This document shows, in pieces, positions 40,818 to 50,514 of a DNA stretch of 64,000 nucleotides. The notes under the pieces are model-generated. The model had not been told where the DNA came from, did no database searches, and saw only the letters and a program-made list of their open reading frames with translations. Within the stretch, counting starts at the first letter, position 1. Every line of letters starts with the position of its first letter. Source of the stretch: Candidatus Latescibacterota bacterium (GTDB lineage Bacteria > Latescibacterota > UBA2968 > GCA-2709665); contig CBDDDZ010000002.1 of the NCBI GenBank assembly GCA_965226795.1, positions 160,001 to 224,000 of the forward strand, in the 5' to 3' direction. The position numbers were made by a program, and so were the translations under genes.

Positions 40818-41678
40818 ATGGACGCCTATGAGCGATATCATTTCGACGTAAACGGTTATATCGTGATTGAGGATATTCTGACAACCGACGAGGTGGCGGC
40901 GTTGAATGAGGCGATCGACCACAACCCGGACCACGTCCATATCCGGGCGGGAGAGGCGTTGCTGTCCGGTGCCGCCAAACAGCACGGGGGCAAGGCCGCG
41001 CCGTTGTTGAAGGGCACACACGGTCGCGGGGATATCATGGACGTTCTGAACTGGCCCAAACCCTGGTGCCAGCCCTTCCGGGACCTGCTGACGCATCCCC
41101 GGACGATGCGATATATGCTTGAGTTGATCGGCGACGGGTTTCGTTACGGAAATGCGAATGGGATCAGCATGACGGCCGGCGCCGAGGGTTTTCTGTTTCA
41201 CGGCGGCGGTACGCCGAGGGGTCCGTATTATTACCAATTTCAGGACGGGCGGATGTGGAACGGGCTGATGGCGGTCTGTTACCAGTTGACGGATATCGGT
41301 CCGAGCGACGGTGGATTCGCGTGCATTCCCGGCAGCCACAGGGCGAACTACCCGTGTCCGGCGGATGTTCGCCGCCTGGATATCCACCCGGAGTGGTTCA
41401 GACATCTTCCGATGAAGGCCGGTTCGGCGTTGATTTTCACCGAGTCGCTCACCCACGGTACGTTCCCATGGAAGGCGTCCCACGAGCGCAGAACGTTGCT
41501 GTACCGATACGGGGCGGGGGATATGGTCTTCGGATCCGGGCCCGGCATCCACCCTGCGGGCTACGATTCGTTCAAGGATGAGTTGACGCCATTGCAGCGC
41601 GCTGTGATGGAGCCGCCTTACGCCAGCAGGCGGCCCAGCCTCGTGCCGCTAATGGAAGAAGAGGAAGCACGCCGGTAA
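40818..41678 (+). CDS. PhyH-family Fe(II)/2-oxoglutarate oxygenase
   Basis: YHFDVNGY, DGGFACIPGSH, AGSALIFTESLTHG, RR.LLYRY. Confidence 0.88.
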   Translation: MDAYERYHFDVNGYIVIEDILTTDEVAALNEAIDHNPDHVHIRAGEALLSGAAKQHGGKAAPLLKGTHGRGDIMDVLNWPKPWCQPFRDLLTHPRTMRYMLELIGDGFRYGNANGISMTAGAEGFLFHGGGTPRGPYYYQFQDGRMWNGLMAVCYQLTDIGPSDGGFACIPGSHRANYPCPADVRRLDIHPEWFRHLPMKAGSALIFTESLTHGTFPWKASHERRTLLYRYGAGDMVFGSGPGIHPAGYDSFKDELTPLQRAVMEPPYASRRPSLVPLMEEEEARR

Positions 41679-41733
41679 GGCGCGCCCGCCGGAGAGGCCT
41701 GATGCGCTCATCCGATAATTCGGAGAGGTACGT

Positions 41734-44088
41734 ATGCTCTATTTAATCGATTCGGACGCCAGTTTCCTGGAAATGGTCATTCTGACGCTGCCCCTCGTCC
41801 TGCCCTGCGTGGGAGCGGTGTTCTACCTGGCGACGGACGGCGACGACTCGGGGGTGGGCGGGCGCGCGTCTCCCTGGTGGAGTATCGAGCGCGCGAATGC
41901 CGCACTAAGGCCGGGCGACACTCTGGTCTTTCAGCCGGGGGTCTACGCAGGCACGATTGCGCCGGAGCATAGAGGGGAGCCGGATGCTCCCATCCATTAC
42001 CTGTCTGACGTCAGGCACGGCGCGGTGCTAGCGGGTGGGGGCGGCAATCGGCTGGCGGTGGATCTTCAGGAGAAGCACAATATCCGAATAGAGGACTTCC
42101 GGATTGCGCCCGGGGACGGACGATGGCTGCGCGCCGATGGGTGCGATCGCCTCGCCGTCCAGGGATGTTATATGGAGAAGTCCGGGCATTCGACGCCGCT
42201 GGTGCTGAACGGGTGCGAGCACGTCCGGCTCATCGACAACGTGTTCCGCAAGGACCGCGTTGGTGGCAATATGTGCCAGGTGGTCGAGTGCACGTACGTG
42301 GTGATCGAGGGGAACGCGTTTGCGCGGGTGGGACACTGCCCGCTGCAGATTTCCATGACGAATAACCTCGTGGTACGGTCGAATTGTTTCCACAACCCGT
42401 GGGGGCGCAACTATGAATTCTGGGCTTCAGGGAGGGCGCTGGTCGAGGGAAATATCGTTACCGAGGCGCTCGACAGCGCGCATTCGGCCGACAGCCGGGC
42501 GAAGAATCTGCTGATCGACAGTATCATCCGCTTCAACCGTGTGTATCGCAACCGGCACACGCCGCTCAACTCGTCGAGTTACGTGCCCGTGAATTACGTG
42601 GTGCGTGATCCGTTCCGCTTCGTCAATTCCAGGGTGTACCACAATACGATTGCGGGCAACCTGGGGTACGGTTGGGAGCTTACCGGGATCAACGTGAGCT
42701 CAAATGTGTTTGTAAACAATATCTTCTATCAAAACGACAAGTACGGGGGCAATGTCCAGATTGTGAGGGGAGCGGGAATTGCAGGCGACAACCTGTTTTT
42801 GAACAATGTATTCCGGGGCACGGAAGCCGGACAGCGGGTGGTGCGGTACGGAGATCGGTTCTGGACGGTGCATGAGGCCAACAGGAATTCGGTGGTCCGG
42901 GGACACTGGCGGGAATTCGAGGATAACATAGACGTGGACCCCGGCTTTGTGGATTCCGAAAACCACGATTTTCGCCTGCACGCGAACAGTCCGTGTATCG
43001 ATGCCGGGCGTGCGCTGACGCGGACGAGGCGGAGTGGCAGGGGCCGGGAGGTTCCGGTTGATGACGGCAGATACTTCTACGATGGGTTTGGGATCAGCGG
43101 CGAAACGGGAGACCGGGTTGCCATCGGGACGGGAGATCGGATCGCCCGTATCGAGAAGGTCCTGCTCAACTATTACCAGCCGGACCTGCTCGTCCTGGAC
43201 CGGGAGATGGAATGGAAGGCCGGTGATCCGGTGAGCCTGCCCTGGTCCGGGGAGGCGCCGGATATCGGCGCATACGAGCATGGTCTGCGGGGTTCCAGGC
43301 GGGCGATCGCAAGGGCCGAGCCGGCCGACGCCCAACCCGGGGAGAAAGTGAGGTTTCGTGTCGAGCCCGCGGGCACGGACGTCGCGTCTGTCGAGTGGGA
43401 TTTCGGCGATGGAAGAACCCAGGAGGCGCCCGAAGCGGTACACGTTTATTCGGATTGCGGCCACTATACGCCTCGGGTCCGGGTTCAGTATAAGGGCGGG
43501 CATGAGGGCGTGGACGTGGCATTTGTGAAGGTGGAGCTGCCGGTGGAACCCGCTGCGCCGATGCTGGTGGTCGACTTTGAAGAAGAGACGACGCTGGATT
43601 GGGGGTACCTGTTCAAGATCTACCGCGGAAACCGATTGACAGGGCACGGGTTCGTTAACGGTGGGTTCGGCGGTGGCAGGTGCGTTCGGCTTTTCGCGGA
43701 GGAAGACGGGTCCGACCTGGGCTGTAGTCTCGCTCCCGGGGAATGGGATATCGACACGTACCCGTTCATCCGGTTTGCCTACCGGATCCCGGAGGGCGTG
43801 CCGGTGGGGCTGTGGCTTCAGGCATTTCCCTCGGAAGCGTACGGTGAGGGGATAGTGATTGTGGGGGGTACGTCGTCGCGCAATTGCGGAACATACCCGG
43901 ACACGGACACCTGCGCGTTGCTGGACGACGGCCAGTGGCACCATGCAAAACTTGACGCACGGACGATACGCGAACACCTCAAGGAAGTTTGTTATTTGCG
44001 CCGGTTCCGGTTCTATACACACGGGAATGCGAAAGAAGGACAGCATTTCTGGTTCGACAATTTTGCAATATTGCCGTCTGAAGGCTAG
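41734..44088 (+). CDS. Right-handed beta-helix protein with PKD and C-terminal carbohydrate-binding-like domains
   Basis: GDD..G..SPW.SI..A, Asn-rich beta-helix coils, DFRL..NSPCIDAG, APDIGAYE, PKD motif WDFGDG. Confidence 0.8.
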   Translation: MLYLIDSDASFLEMVILTLPLVLPCVGAVFYLATDGDDSGVGGRASPWWSIERANAALRPGDTLVFQPGVYAGTIAPEHRGEPDAPIHYLSDVRHGAVLAGGGGNRLAVDLQEKHNIRIEDFRIAPGDGRWLRADGCDRLAVQGCYMEKSGHSTPLVLNGCEHVRLIDNVFRKDRVGGNMCQVVECTYVVIEGNAFARVGHCPLQISMTNNLVVRSNCFHNPWGRNYEFWASGRALVEGNIVTEALDSAHSADSRAKNLLIDSIIRFNRVYRNRHTPLNSSSYVPVNYVVRDPFRFVNSRVYHNTIAGNLGYGWELTGINVSSNVFVNNIFYQNDKYGGNVQIVRGAGIAGDNLFLNNVFRGTEAGQRVVRYGDRFWTVHEANRNSVVRGHWREFEDNIDVDPGFVDSENHDFRLHANSPCIDAGRALTRTRRSGRGREVPVDDGRYFYDGFGISGETGDRVAIGTGDRIARIEKVLLNYYQPDLLVLDREMEWKAGDPVSLPWSGEAPDIGAYEHGLRGSRRAIARAEPADAQPGEKVRFRVEPAGTDVASVEWDFGDGRTQEAPEAVHVYSDCGHYTPRVRVQYKGGHEGVDVAFVKVELPVEPAAPMLVVDFEEETTLDWGYLFKIYRGNRLTGHGFVNGGFGGGRCVRLFAEEDGSDLGCSLAPGEWDIDTYPFIRFAYRIPEGVPVGLWLQAFPSEAYGEGIVIVGGTSSRNCGTYPDTDTCALLDDGQWHHAKLDARTIREHLKEVCYLRRFRFYTHGNAKEGQHFWFDNFAILPSEG

Positions 44089-44251
44089 TGTCCCGTCCCA
44101 GAAATATGTTACCATCCATCCGCCGATTCATCCCGTCTCGCTGCGTTGCCTTCGCTCGCTGACCTTGCCCAGGTCGCCTCGCTCAGGCGCCTTGCCAGCC
44201 GGGTGACATAGGCGGCCGGATTTCGGCAATCTATTTCCGGGACAGAACACT
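44087..44251. mobile_element. MITE-like non-autonomous element (165 bp)
   Basis: Terminal IRs AGTGTCCCGTCCCAGAAATA / TATTTCCGGGACAGAACACT (17/20 match); no transposase inside. Confidence 0.7.
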
Positions 44252-44285
44252 CGGACCCCACAGCAAAACGCGGAAGAATACGGAC

Positions 44286-46271
44286 ATGGACCATCACGGG
44301 GTGAAATCCCTTCAGAAGAAGCAAGTCTCGAAATCGAGGGAGGGGATCACCCTCAGGTCGGTGTGCATCGGCGTGCTGGCCGTGGTGGCGATCAACCTGT
44401 GGGTGACCTATGCGGAAACGGTCGTACGCTCGTCCAGGCTCAACCTGAGTTTTTTTCAACTGACGCTGCTGAGCATCTTCATCGCACTTGTGGGCGGAGT
44501 GAACCCGTTGCTCAGGCGGATCCGTCGTGATGCCGTCCTGTCGCCTTCCGAGTTGTTGACGGTGGCGGCAATAGGGATGGTTGGCTCGGTCGTGCCCACG
44601 TCGGGAATCACCGGGTTCCTGGTGGGGGTGATCGGCAGCCCGATCTATTTCGAAACGCCTGAGAACAGGTGGGCCGAGTACTATCACCCGCATCTCAAAT
44701 CATGGATGGTGCCAACGGACAGCGGCGCCCTGCGGGCTTTCTTCGAGGGTGGCGCGGCAGGCGTACAGCCCTGGAAGACGTGGCTGGCGCCGCTTGCCTG
44801 GTGGGGCAGCCTGGTGGCCGCCCTCCTCGTGGGCTCTGCGTGCACGATGGTCATTCTGCGGAGGCAATGGGCCGAGCACGAAAAGCTGGTTTATCCCCTC
44901 GCGGCCGTGCCTATCGAGATGGCGGAAGGGGCGTCGTCCCGAAGCGCGCTGCCGGATTTCATGAGGGGCCGGCTCTTCTGGTTCGGAGCGGCCCTGGCGT
45001 TCGGGCTGTTCGCCTGGCACGCGACGTCCTGGTTCTTTCACGGGATGCCCGGCATCCGGTTCTTTCCACACGGGGGTTACTTTCGCTTCACGCGCTACTC
45101 CCCCGGCGTCTATATCCAGCCCCTGCAGTTCTACACCATCGGCTTCGCATATTTCGCCAACCTGCAGGTACTGTTCAGCGTCTGGTTCTTTTTCCTGGTG
45201 CACGTGGTTGAGGGCGGCATCTTCAACCGCCTGGGGTATCAGATCGAACGGTCCACGGATACCTTCAGTGCGGATCCCCCCACCGAGGCGTGGCAGTGCT
45301 TCGGCGCGCTGGCCTGTCTTGTCGCGTGGCGCCTCTGGGTAGCACGCGCCCACCTGCGGGACGTTTTCCTCAAGGCGCTGCGGGCGGACCATCCGTTGGA
45401 CGACGGCCGGGAGGTCCTTTCGTACAGGTCATCGGTCCTGGGCCTGTTATTAAGCGCGATATACGCGCTGTTCTGGCTTCAGCGATCCGGTATGGACGCG
45501 ATCTCGGCCGTGATGTTCCTGTTTGCCCTGGGTATTATCTATATCGGTCTGGCGCGTGTTGTTTCGGAGGCGGGGGTGGCCTATGCCCAGGGCACGGTGA
45601 CGCCGCAGGCCTTCGTAATGGACCTGCGGGGCACCTACGGACTTTCCGGTGCCTGCCTCACCTCCCTTGCGCTATCCTACGCGCTGATCGACTATATGCG
45701 CGGGCTCTTCACGCCGGGTCTGGCGCAGGCGGTGCGCCTGGGGGACCGCATCCGGGGCAACCGGCGCCTCCTGCTGTTCTACGTGACCGTGGGCGTGTTC
45801 GCCGGGCTCGTCACATCGGTCTGGTTTACACTCTACCTGGGCCATACGCACGGCGCCTACAACTTCTCGCGTCTGTTTTTCAACGGAAATCCAAAGGCGG
45901 TCTTCTCGACCACGCTGGGACAGATGCGCACGCCGGGGCCGCCCGAGTTGAGCCGGGTATTGTTCTTCGGGATCGGCGCCAGCCTGATGGGGGCGCTCAC
46001 GTTTCTGCGGTATCGGTTCTCCTGGTGGCCGATCCATCCCATCGGTCTGGCGGTTGCCGCCGCGGACAACGTGTACAGCCTGGCCATGCCGGTTTTCATG
46101 GCGTGGGCCGCGAAGACGGTCGTCATGCGGGTGGGCGGGGTTGCCCTCTACCGTCGGTCCAAGCCGCTGTTCCTGGGTTTGCTGGTGGGATATACGGCGG
46201 GCGTGGTGCTTGCCTTTACCGTCGACGCCGTGTGGTTTCCCGGGCAGGGACACCAGGTGCACTGGTGGTAG
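44286..46271 (+). CDS. DUF6785/DUF6784-like polytopic membrane protein
   Basis: Many TM segments; ILRRQW.E.EKL.YPL and RYRFSWWPIHPIG motifs. Confidence 0.75.
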   Translation: MDHHGVKSLQKKQVSKSREGITLRSVCIGVLAVVAINLWVTYAETVVRSSRLNLSFFQLTLLSIFIALVGGVNPLLRRIRRDAVLSPSELLTVAAIGMVGSVVPTSGITGFLVGVIGSPIYFETPENRWAEYYHPHLKSWMVPTDSGALRAFFEGGAAGVQPWKTWLAPLAWWGSLVAALLVGSACTMVILRRQWAEHEKLVYPLAAVPIEMAEGASSRSALPDFMRGRLFWFGAALAFGLFAWHATSWFFHGMPGIRFFPHGGYFRFTRYSPGVYIQPLQFYTIGFAYFANLQVLFSVWFFFLVHVVEGGIFNRLGYQIERSTDTFSADPPTEAWQCFGALACLVAWRLWVARAHLRDVFLKALRADHPLDDGREVLSYRSSVLGLLLSAIYALFWLQRSGMDAISAVMFLFALGIIYIGLARVVSEAGVAYAQGTVTPQAFVMDLRGTYGLSGACLTSLALSYALIDYMRGLFTPGLAQAVRLGDRIRGNRRLLLFYVTVGVFAGLVTSVWFTLYLGHTHGAYNFSRLFFNGNPKAVFSTTLGQMRTPGPPELSRVLFFGIGASLMGALTFLRYRFSWWPIHPIGLAVAAADNVYSLAMPVFMAWAAKTVVMRVGGVALYRRSKPLFLGLLVGYTAGVVLAFTVDAVWFPGQGHQVHWW

Positions 46272-46392
46272 TCGGGAACGGTCGCCGCATTGCCGCTGGT
46301 CGTACCCGGCGATACTCCGTTGCCCGCGCAAGCCGAATGAGCCGTCACGCGCTCCTGAATTTCCCATCTGAAACACATTCGAAACGATATCC

Positions 46393-48363
46393 ATGGAATC
46401 GTCGCCGATACATGCCGCGGAGCCACTGATTGGAAGTCCGCGGAATCCGCGATCCGGAGTCACGCCGAGGTCGGTGGGCATTGGCCTGCTGATGGTAGTC
46501 TTCGTCAATTCCTGGATACTCTACTCGCTGTACCTGATCCGGGCTTCGTGGCTGCAGGTGACCCACTTTCCCATGGGGCTGTTCGTGCCCCTGATGCTCC
46601 TTGCGCTACTGGTCAATCCAGCGCTGAGGGCGGTCCGGCGGGGAACGGGTCTTTCCCGGTCGGAGGTCCTGGTGGTCGGGGCGATGGGGTTGACGGGCGC
46701 CGTGGTGCCCGGTTTCAGTCTGATGACGACATTGCTGGGCACGATCTCCGTTCCGTACTACCTTGCGACGCCCGAAAACCAGTGGGGCGCCTTTTTTCAT
46801 CTGCACATGCCGGACTGGATCGCGCCGTCGAACCGCGGCGGCACGATGCGGATGTTGTTCGAAGGCCTCCCGTCGAAGGACGTGCCGATTCCCTGGGCCG
46901 CATGGGCGGGGCCGTTGAGCTGGTGGATGGCCCTGGTGGGCGCTCTTGCCTTCGCTTCGATGTGCCTGATGGTAATCCTTCGGCGCCAGTGGGTCGAGTA
47001 CGAACGCCTGGTGTACCCGCTCGCCCAGGTAGTTGCGGATATGGCCGGGGACGCGCGTGACGGGGGTTCGTTTCCCGGGTTCATGCGGACACGGGCGTTC
47101 AAGTTCGGTTTTGGCGCGGCCACGCTGGTGATGACCTGGAATATGATGTCGCATTTTGCGCCGGGTTTTCCCGAGATACCTCTCGGCATCCCGTCACGAT
47201 GGACCACTTTTTTCAAGGGATTTCCTGCGCTCCATACGACCATCAATTTCTACACGATCGGGTTTGCGTATCTGGCGAATCTGGACGTGCTCTTCAGTAT
47301 CTGGTTTTTTCACTTTATGGCCATGTGGGAGGTCTTTATTTTCGGTAGGCTGGGCGTTGGCGGGATCTCCGGACGGTCGGCCGTATCGTGGCAGAGCTTC
47401 GGCGCGTTATTCGCCCTGGTGGGTTGGGGGCTGTGGACCGCCCGGAAGCACCTCCGGCAGGTCATCAGGGAGGCGCTGCATCCTTCCCGCCAGGATGCAG
47501 AGGAGATCCTGTCCTACCGCACGGCCGCGGCCGGCGTGGTGTTGAGCCTGATCTTTATCGTTGCATGGTTTCATAGTTCGGGCATGGGCCTGCTTCTTTC
47601 AGCAGTGCTCGTGCTCCTCTTTTTTGTGACCTACGTGGGCGTGGCTCGTGTGGTTGCGCAGTCGGGCCTGTTGTACGTCAGTTCCCCGATGTTTCCACAA
47701 AGCGCGATTCTGAACGCCATCGGTCCAGCGGAGATCCCCGGGCGGGCGATGACGGCCCTGGCCTTTTCGTTCGCCCTGCGCAACGACGGCCGGGGGCTCT
47801 TTATGCCCGCATTGGCGCATGTCGTGAAAATCGGTGACCTGATCGGCAGGGACCGGCGACGGCTGGGGTTGGCCGTGGCGCTGGGCATGGCAGGGGCGGT
47901 GGCGACGTCTGTCGGCCTGACCCTCTACTGGGGGTATACGATCGGCGCGTATAATTTCGGGAGCATCGCGCTGCTGCGGCGAACGGCGCCCACGTTCAAT
48001 TCATTTGTGGGCATGATGTCCAGCCCGGATCCGGTGAAATCCGAGGTGTTCGGATATTTCGGGGCCGGCTTTGCCGCGATGCTTCTGCTTACCTTCCTGC
48101 GATACCGCCTGCCGTGGTGGCCGCTACACCCCATGGGGCTGGCCGTTACGTGGTCGGGAATGACGGTACATTCCGTGCTCTCGGTGTTTCTTGCCTGGGC
48201 GGTCAAGGGTATCGTTCTGAAGGCGGGCGGCGTTTTTCTGTACCGTCGGTCAATACCGTTTTTCCTGGGCTTGATGATTGGTTATGCGTTGAACGTCGGG
48301 GTTTCGTTCCTGCTGGACGTCACCTATTTCGGCGGAGAAGGGCACGGGGTACATGCGTATTGA
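46393..48363 (+). CDS. DUF6785/DUF6784-like polytopic membrane protein (paralog)
   Basis: ILRRQWVEYERLVYPL and RYRLPWWPLHPMG motifs. Confidence 0.75.
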   Translation: MESSPIHAAEPLIGSPRNPRSGVTPRSVGIGLLMVVFVNSWILYSLYLIRASWLQVTHFPMGLFVPLMLLALLVNPALRAVRRGTGLSRSEVLVVGAMGLTGAVVPGFSLMTTLLGTISVPYYLATPENQWGAFFHLHMPDWIAPSNRGGTMRMLFEGLPSKDVPIPWAAWAGPLSWWMALVGALAFASMCLMVILRRQWVEYERLVYPLAQVVADMAGDARDGGSFPGFMRTRAFKFGFGAATLVMTWNMMSHFAPGFPEIPLGIPSRWTTFFKGFPALHTTINFYTIGFAYLANLDVLFSIWFFHFMAMWEVFIFGRLGVGGISGRSAVSWQSFGALFALVGWGLWTARKHLRQVIREALHPSRQDAEEILSYRTAAAGVVLSLIFIVAWFHSSGMGLLLSAVLVLLFFVTYVGVARVVAQSGLLYVSSPMFPQSAILNAIGPAEIPGRAMTALAFSFALRNDGRGLFMPALAHVVKIGDLIGRDRRRLGLAVALGMAGAVATSVGLTLYWGYTIGAYNFGSIALLRRTAPTFNSFVGMMSSPDPVKSEVFGYFGAGFAAMLLLTFLRYRLPWWPLHPMGLAVTWSGMTVHSVLSVFLAWAVKGIVLKAGGVFLYRRSIPFFLGLMIGYALNVGVSFLLDVTYFGGEGHGVHAY

Positions 48364-49636
48364 CAGGCGGGGAAAGCTTAAAATGCGGATGGGTCTGGGG
48401 ATTTCCGTGGCTTTGTTATTCGGCTCTCTTCTAACCGCGTGTGACGGGACCGATGACGGATCGTCCGGTGATACGGTGAAGCTGAGAATCGCCTGGATGG
48501 GGCCGGAACGGGAAGCGTTCCGGGCGTGGAAAAAGGGATTTGAAGAGGAACATCCCGATGTGGAGATCGAGCAGCGGTTTATCCCGTACGATCAGGGTCC
48601 AACCGTCTATAATACCATGATACAGGGGGGAAATCTGCCGGATCTGGGATATCTGTTTATGGGGATGATTTCGGAGTATGCGGAGCGGGGGGTGCTGGAG
48701 CCGCTGGACGGATATATGACGGATGCCGAACGGGACGAGTGGATTGCCGCGGCGCTGAGCGCGGGCAAATACAGGGGAAAGATGTACGGCGTGCCGTTGT
48801 GGGGGGCAAACCGGGTTCTGTACGTGCGCAAGGATTGGATGGACGAGGAAGGGATGACCGGCCAGCCGGATACGTGGGAGGCGGTCCGGGAACTGGCAAT
48901 AAAGTTGAACAAGCCGCCCGAGCGCTACGGGATCTGCGTTGGCGCGGGACGGCCGAAACACCTGATGCAGGAACAGATCGCAATGATGTGGGGCTTCGGA
49001 GCCGATTTTTTCGACGGGGACGGAAAGCTGGCAATTAACAGCCCCGAAGCGGTGGCGTACGTGAAGTTTCTCACGGATATGCACCTGGTGGACAGGGTCA
49101 TGCCGCCGGGCATCCTGAATCTGAACGCGGATGACTGTTATGCCGTGATGGATGCAGGCAAGGCAGGGCTGACGTTCAGCGGGCCGTGGCAGTACAAGCG
49201 GTGTCAGGATGCCGGGATTGCGTGCGAGCCGCTGACGATGCCCGCGGGCAGGGACCGGAAGATGCTATTGATTCTGGATATCATCTCCGTGTTTTCCACG
49301 TCCAAGCAAAAGGATCTGGCGTATGAGTTCATCCGCTTTACGCAGCGGCCGGAGAATCGGGCGCTGATGGACGTGGAGAACGGGGGCGTGCCGGTGACCG
49401 GGACCGTGTCGGAGCACGCCTATTACAGGACGGTGCCGATCCGGAACTACCTGGCGCAGGTGGACCTGATCAAGCTCACGCCGCAGCACCCGGAATGGAC
49501 GAAGATCCAGGACGGATGGGGGGAGGCGATTCAGATGGTGCTGGCGGGTACGGCGTCTCCCCGGGAGGCGCTTGATATGGTTTATGCACGTCTGATGAGA
49601 GAGCTGGAAGACACGACGCTACCCCGCGGGGAGTGA
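48353..49636 (+). CDS. Sugar ABC transporter substrate-binding lipoprotein
   Basis: Lipobox LLTAC; FEEEHPDV, LEPLDGY, GKMYGVP, P.TWE (SBP family 1). Confidence 0.9.
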   Translation: MRIDRRGKLKMRMGLGISVALLFGSLLTACDGTDDGSSGDTVKLRIAWMGPEREAFRAWKKGFEEEHPDVEIEQRFIPYDQGPTVYNTMIQGGNLPDLGYLFMGMISEYAERGVLEPLDGYMTDAERDEWIAAALSAGKYRGKMYGVPLWGANRVLYVRKDWMDEEGMTGQPDTWEAVRELAIKLNKPPERYGICVGAGRPKHLMQEQIAMMWGFGADFFDGDGKLAINSPEAVAYVKFLTDMHLVDRVMPPGILNLNADDCYAVMDAGKAGLTFSGPWQYKRCQDAGIACEPLTMPAGRDRKMLLILDIISVFSTSKQKDLAYEFIRFTQRPENRALMDVENGGVPVTGTVSEHAYYRTVPIRNYLAQVDLIKLTPQHPEWTKIQDGWGEAIQMVLAGTASPREALDMVYARLMRELEDTTLPRGE

Positions 49637-49645
49637 GGAGGCCGC

Positions 49646-50512
49646 ATCGAGCGGGAGAAACGCAGGCTGGCGTACCTTTATATTGCTCCGGCGGCCCTGT
49701 GGCTGCTTCTGTTTATGGGGTTTCCCATTCTGGATGTGATGGGAACGAGTCTCTATCACACGTCCTATAAAGGAGAGACGTTTGTTGGGTTGGGGAATTA
49801 CCTGGGGCTTGTGGCGGACGATCTGTTTTGGCTGGTGCTGAAGAATACCGCGTTGTGGACGGCGCTGGCGGTGACGATGAATGTGGGGCTGGGGCTGGGC
49901 GTGGCGCTGCTGTTGAGCCGGGGGTCGGCTTTCAGCGAATGGGTCCGGGGCCTGCTAATCCTCGCCTGGGCTACGCCGCTGGTCGTGGCGGCAATCACCT
50001 GGAAATGGATGTACAACGGCGAGTACGGGCATTTGAATTCGCTCCTGCTCGGCCTTCACATTATCGACACCCCGGTTCAATGGCTGACGGATGCTTCAAC
50101 GGCTTTCGCCGGGGCGCTGGTGGCGCGGTTGTGGACCGCCCTACCGTTTACGACGTTCGCGTTTCTGTCGGCACTGCAGGCGATCCCTGTGGATCTGTAT
50201 GAAGCGTCTATGATCGACGGGGCCACGGGACTCAGGCGATTCCGGCATATCACGCTGCCGCTGCTGCGACCTGTCACGCTGGCGGTCTTGCTGGTCAGCG
50301 TTATCTGGTCGTTCAACAGCTTTGTATTTATCTACGTGATTACGGCGGGAGGGCCGGCAAACCAGACCCAGATTATGGTTACCGAAATCTACCGGCGGGC
50401 GTTCGGTTATTTCAACTTCGGGCAGGCCAGCACGTTGACCGTTCTGACATTTTTTCTGCTGCTTGCGATCAGTATTCTCCAGTGGCGCGTGCTATACAGG
50501 AGGGAGATATAG
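49646..50512 (+). CDS. Sugar ABC transporter permease (start uncertain)
   Basis: FVGLGNY and EAA-like YEASMIDGA..FRHITLPLL; the frame extends upstream of ATG 49715 as IEREKRRLAYLYIAPA. Confidence 0.85.
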   Translation: MEREKRRLAYLYIAPAALWLLLFMGFPILDVMGTSLYHTSYKGETFVGLGNYLGLVADDLFWLVLKNTALWTALAVTMNVGLGLGVALLLSRGSAFSEWVRGLLILAWATPLVVAAITWKWMYNGEYGHLNSLLLGLHIIDTPVQWLTDASTAFAGALVARLWTALPFTTFAFLSALQAIPVDLYEASMIDGATGLRRFRHITLPLLRPVTLAVLLVSVIWSFNSFVFIYVITAGGPANQTQIMVTEIYRRAFGYFNFGQASTLTVLTFFLLLAISILQWRVLYRREI

Positions 50513-50514
50513 CC

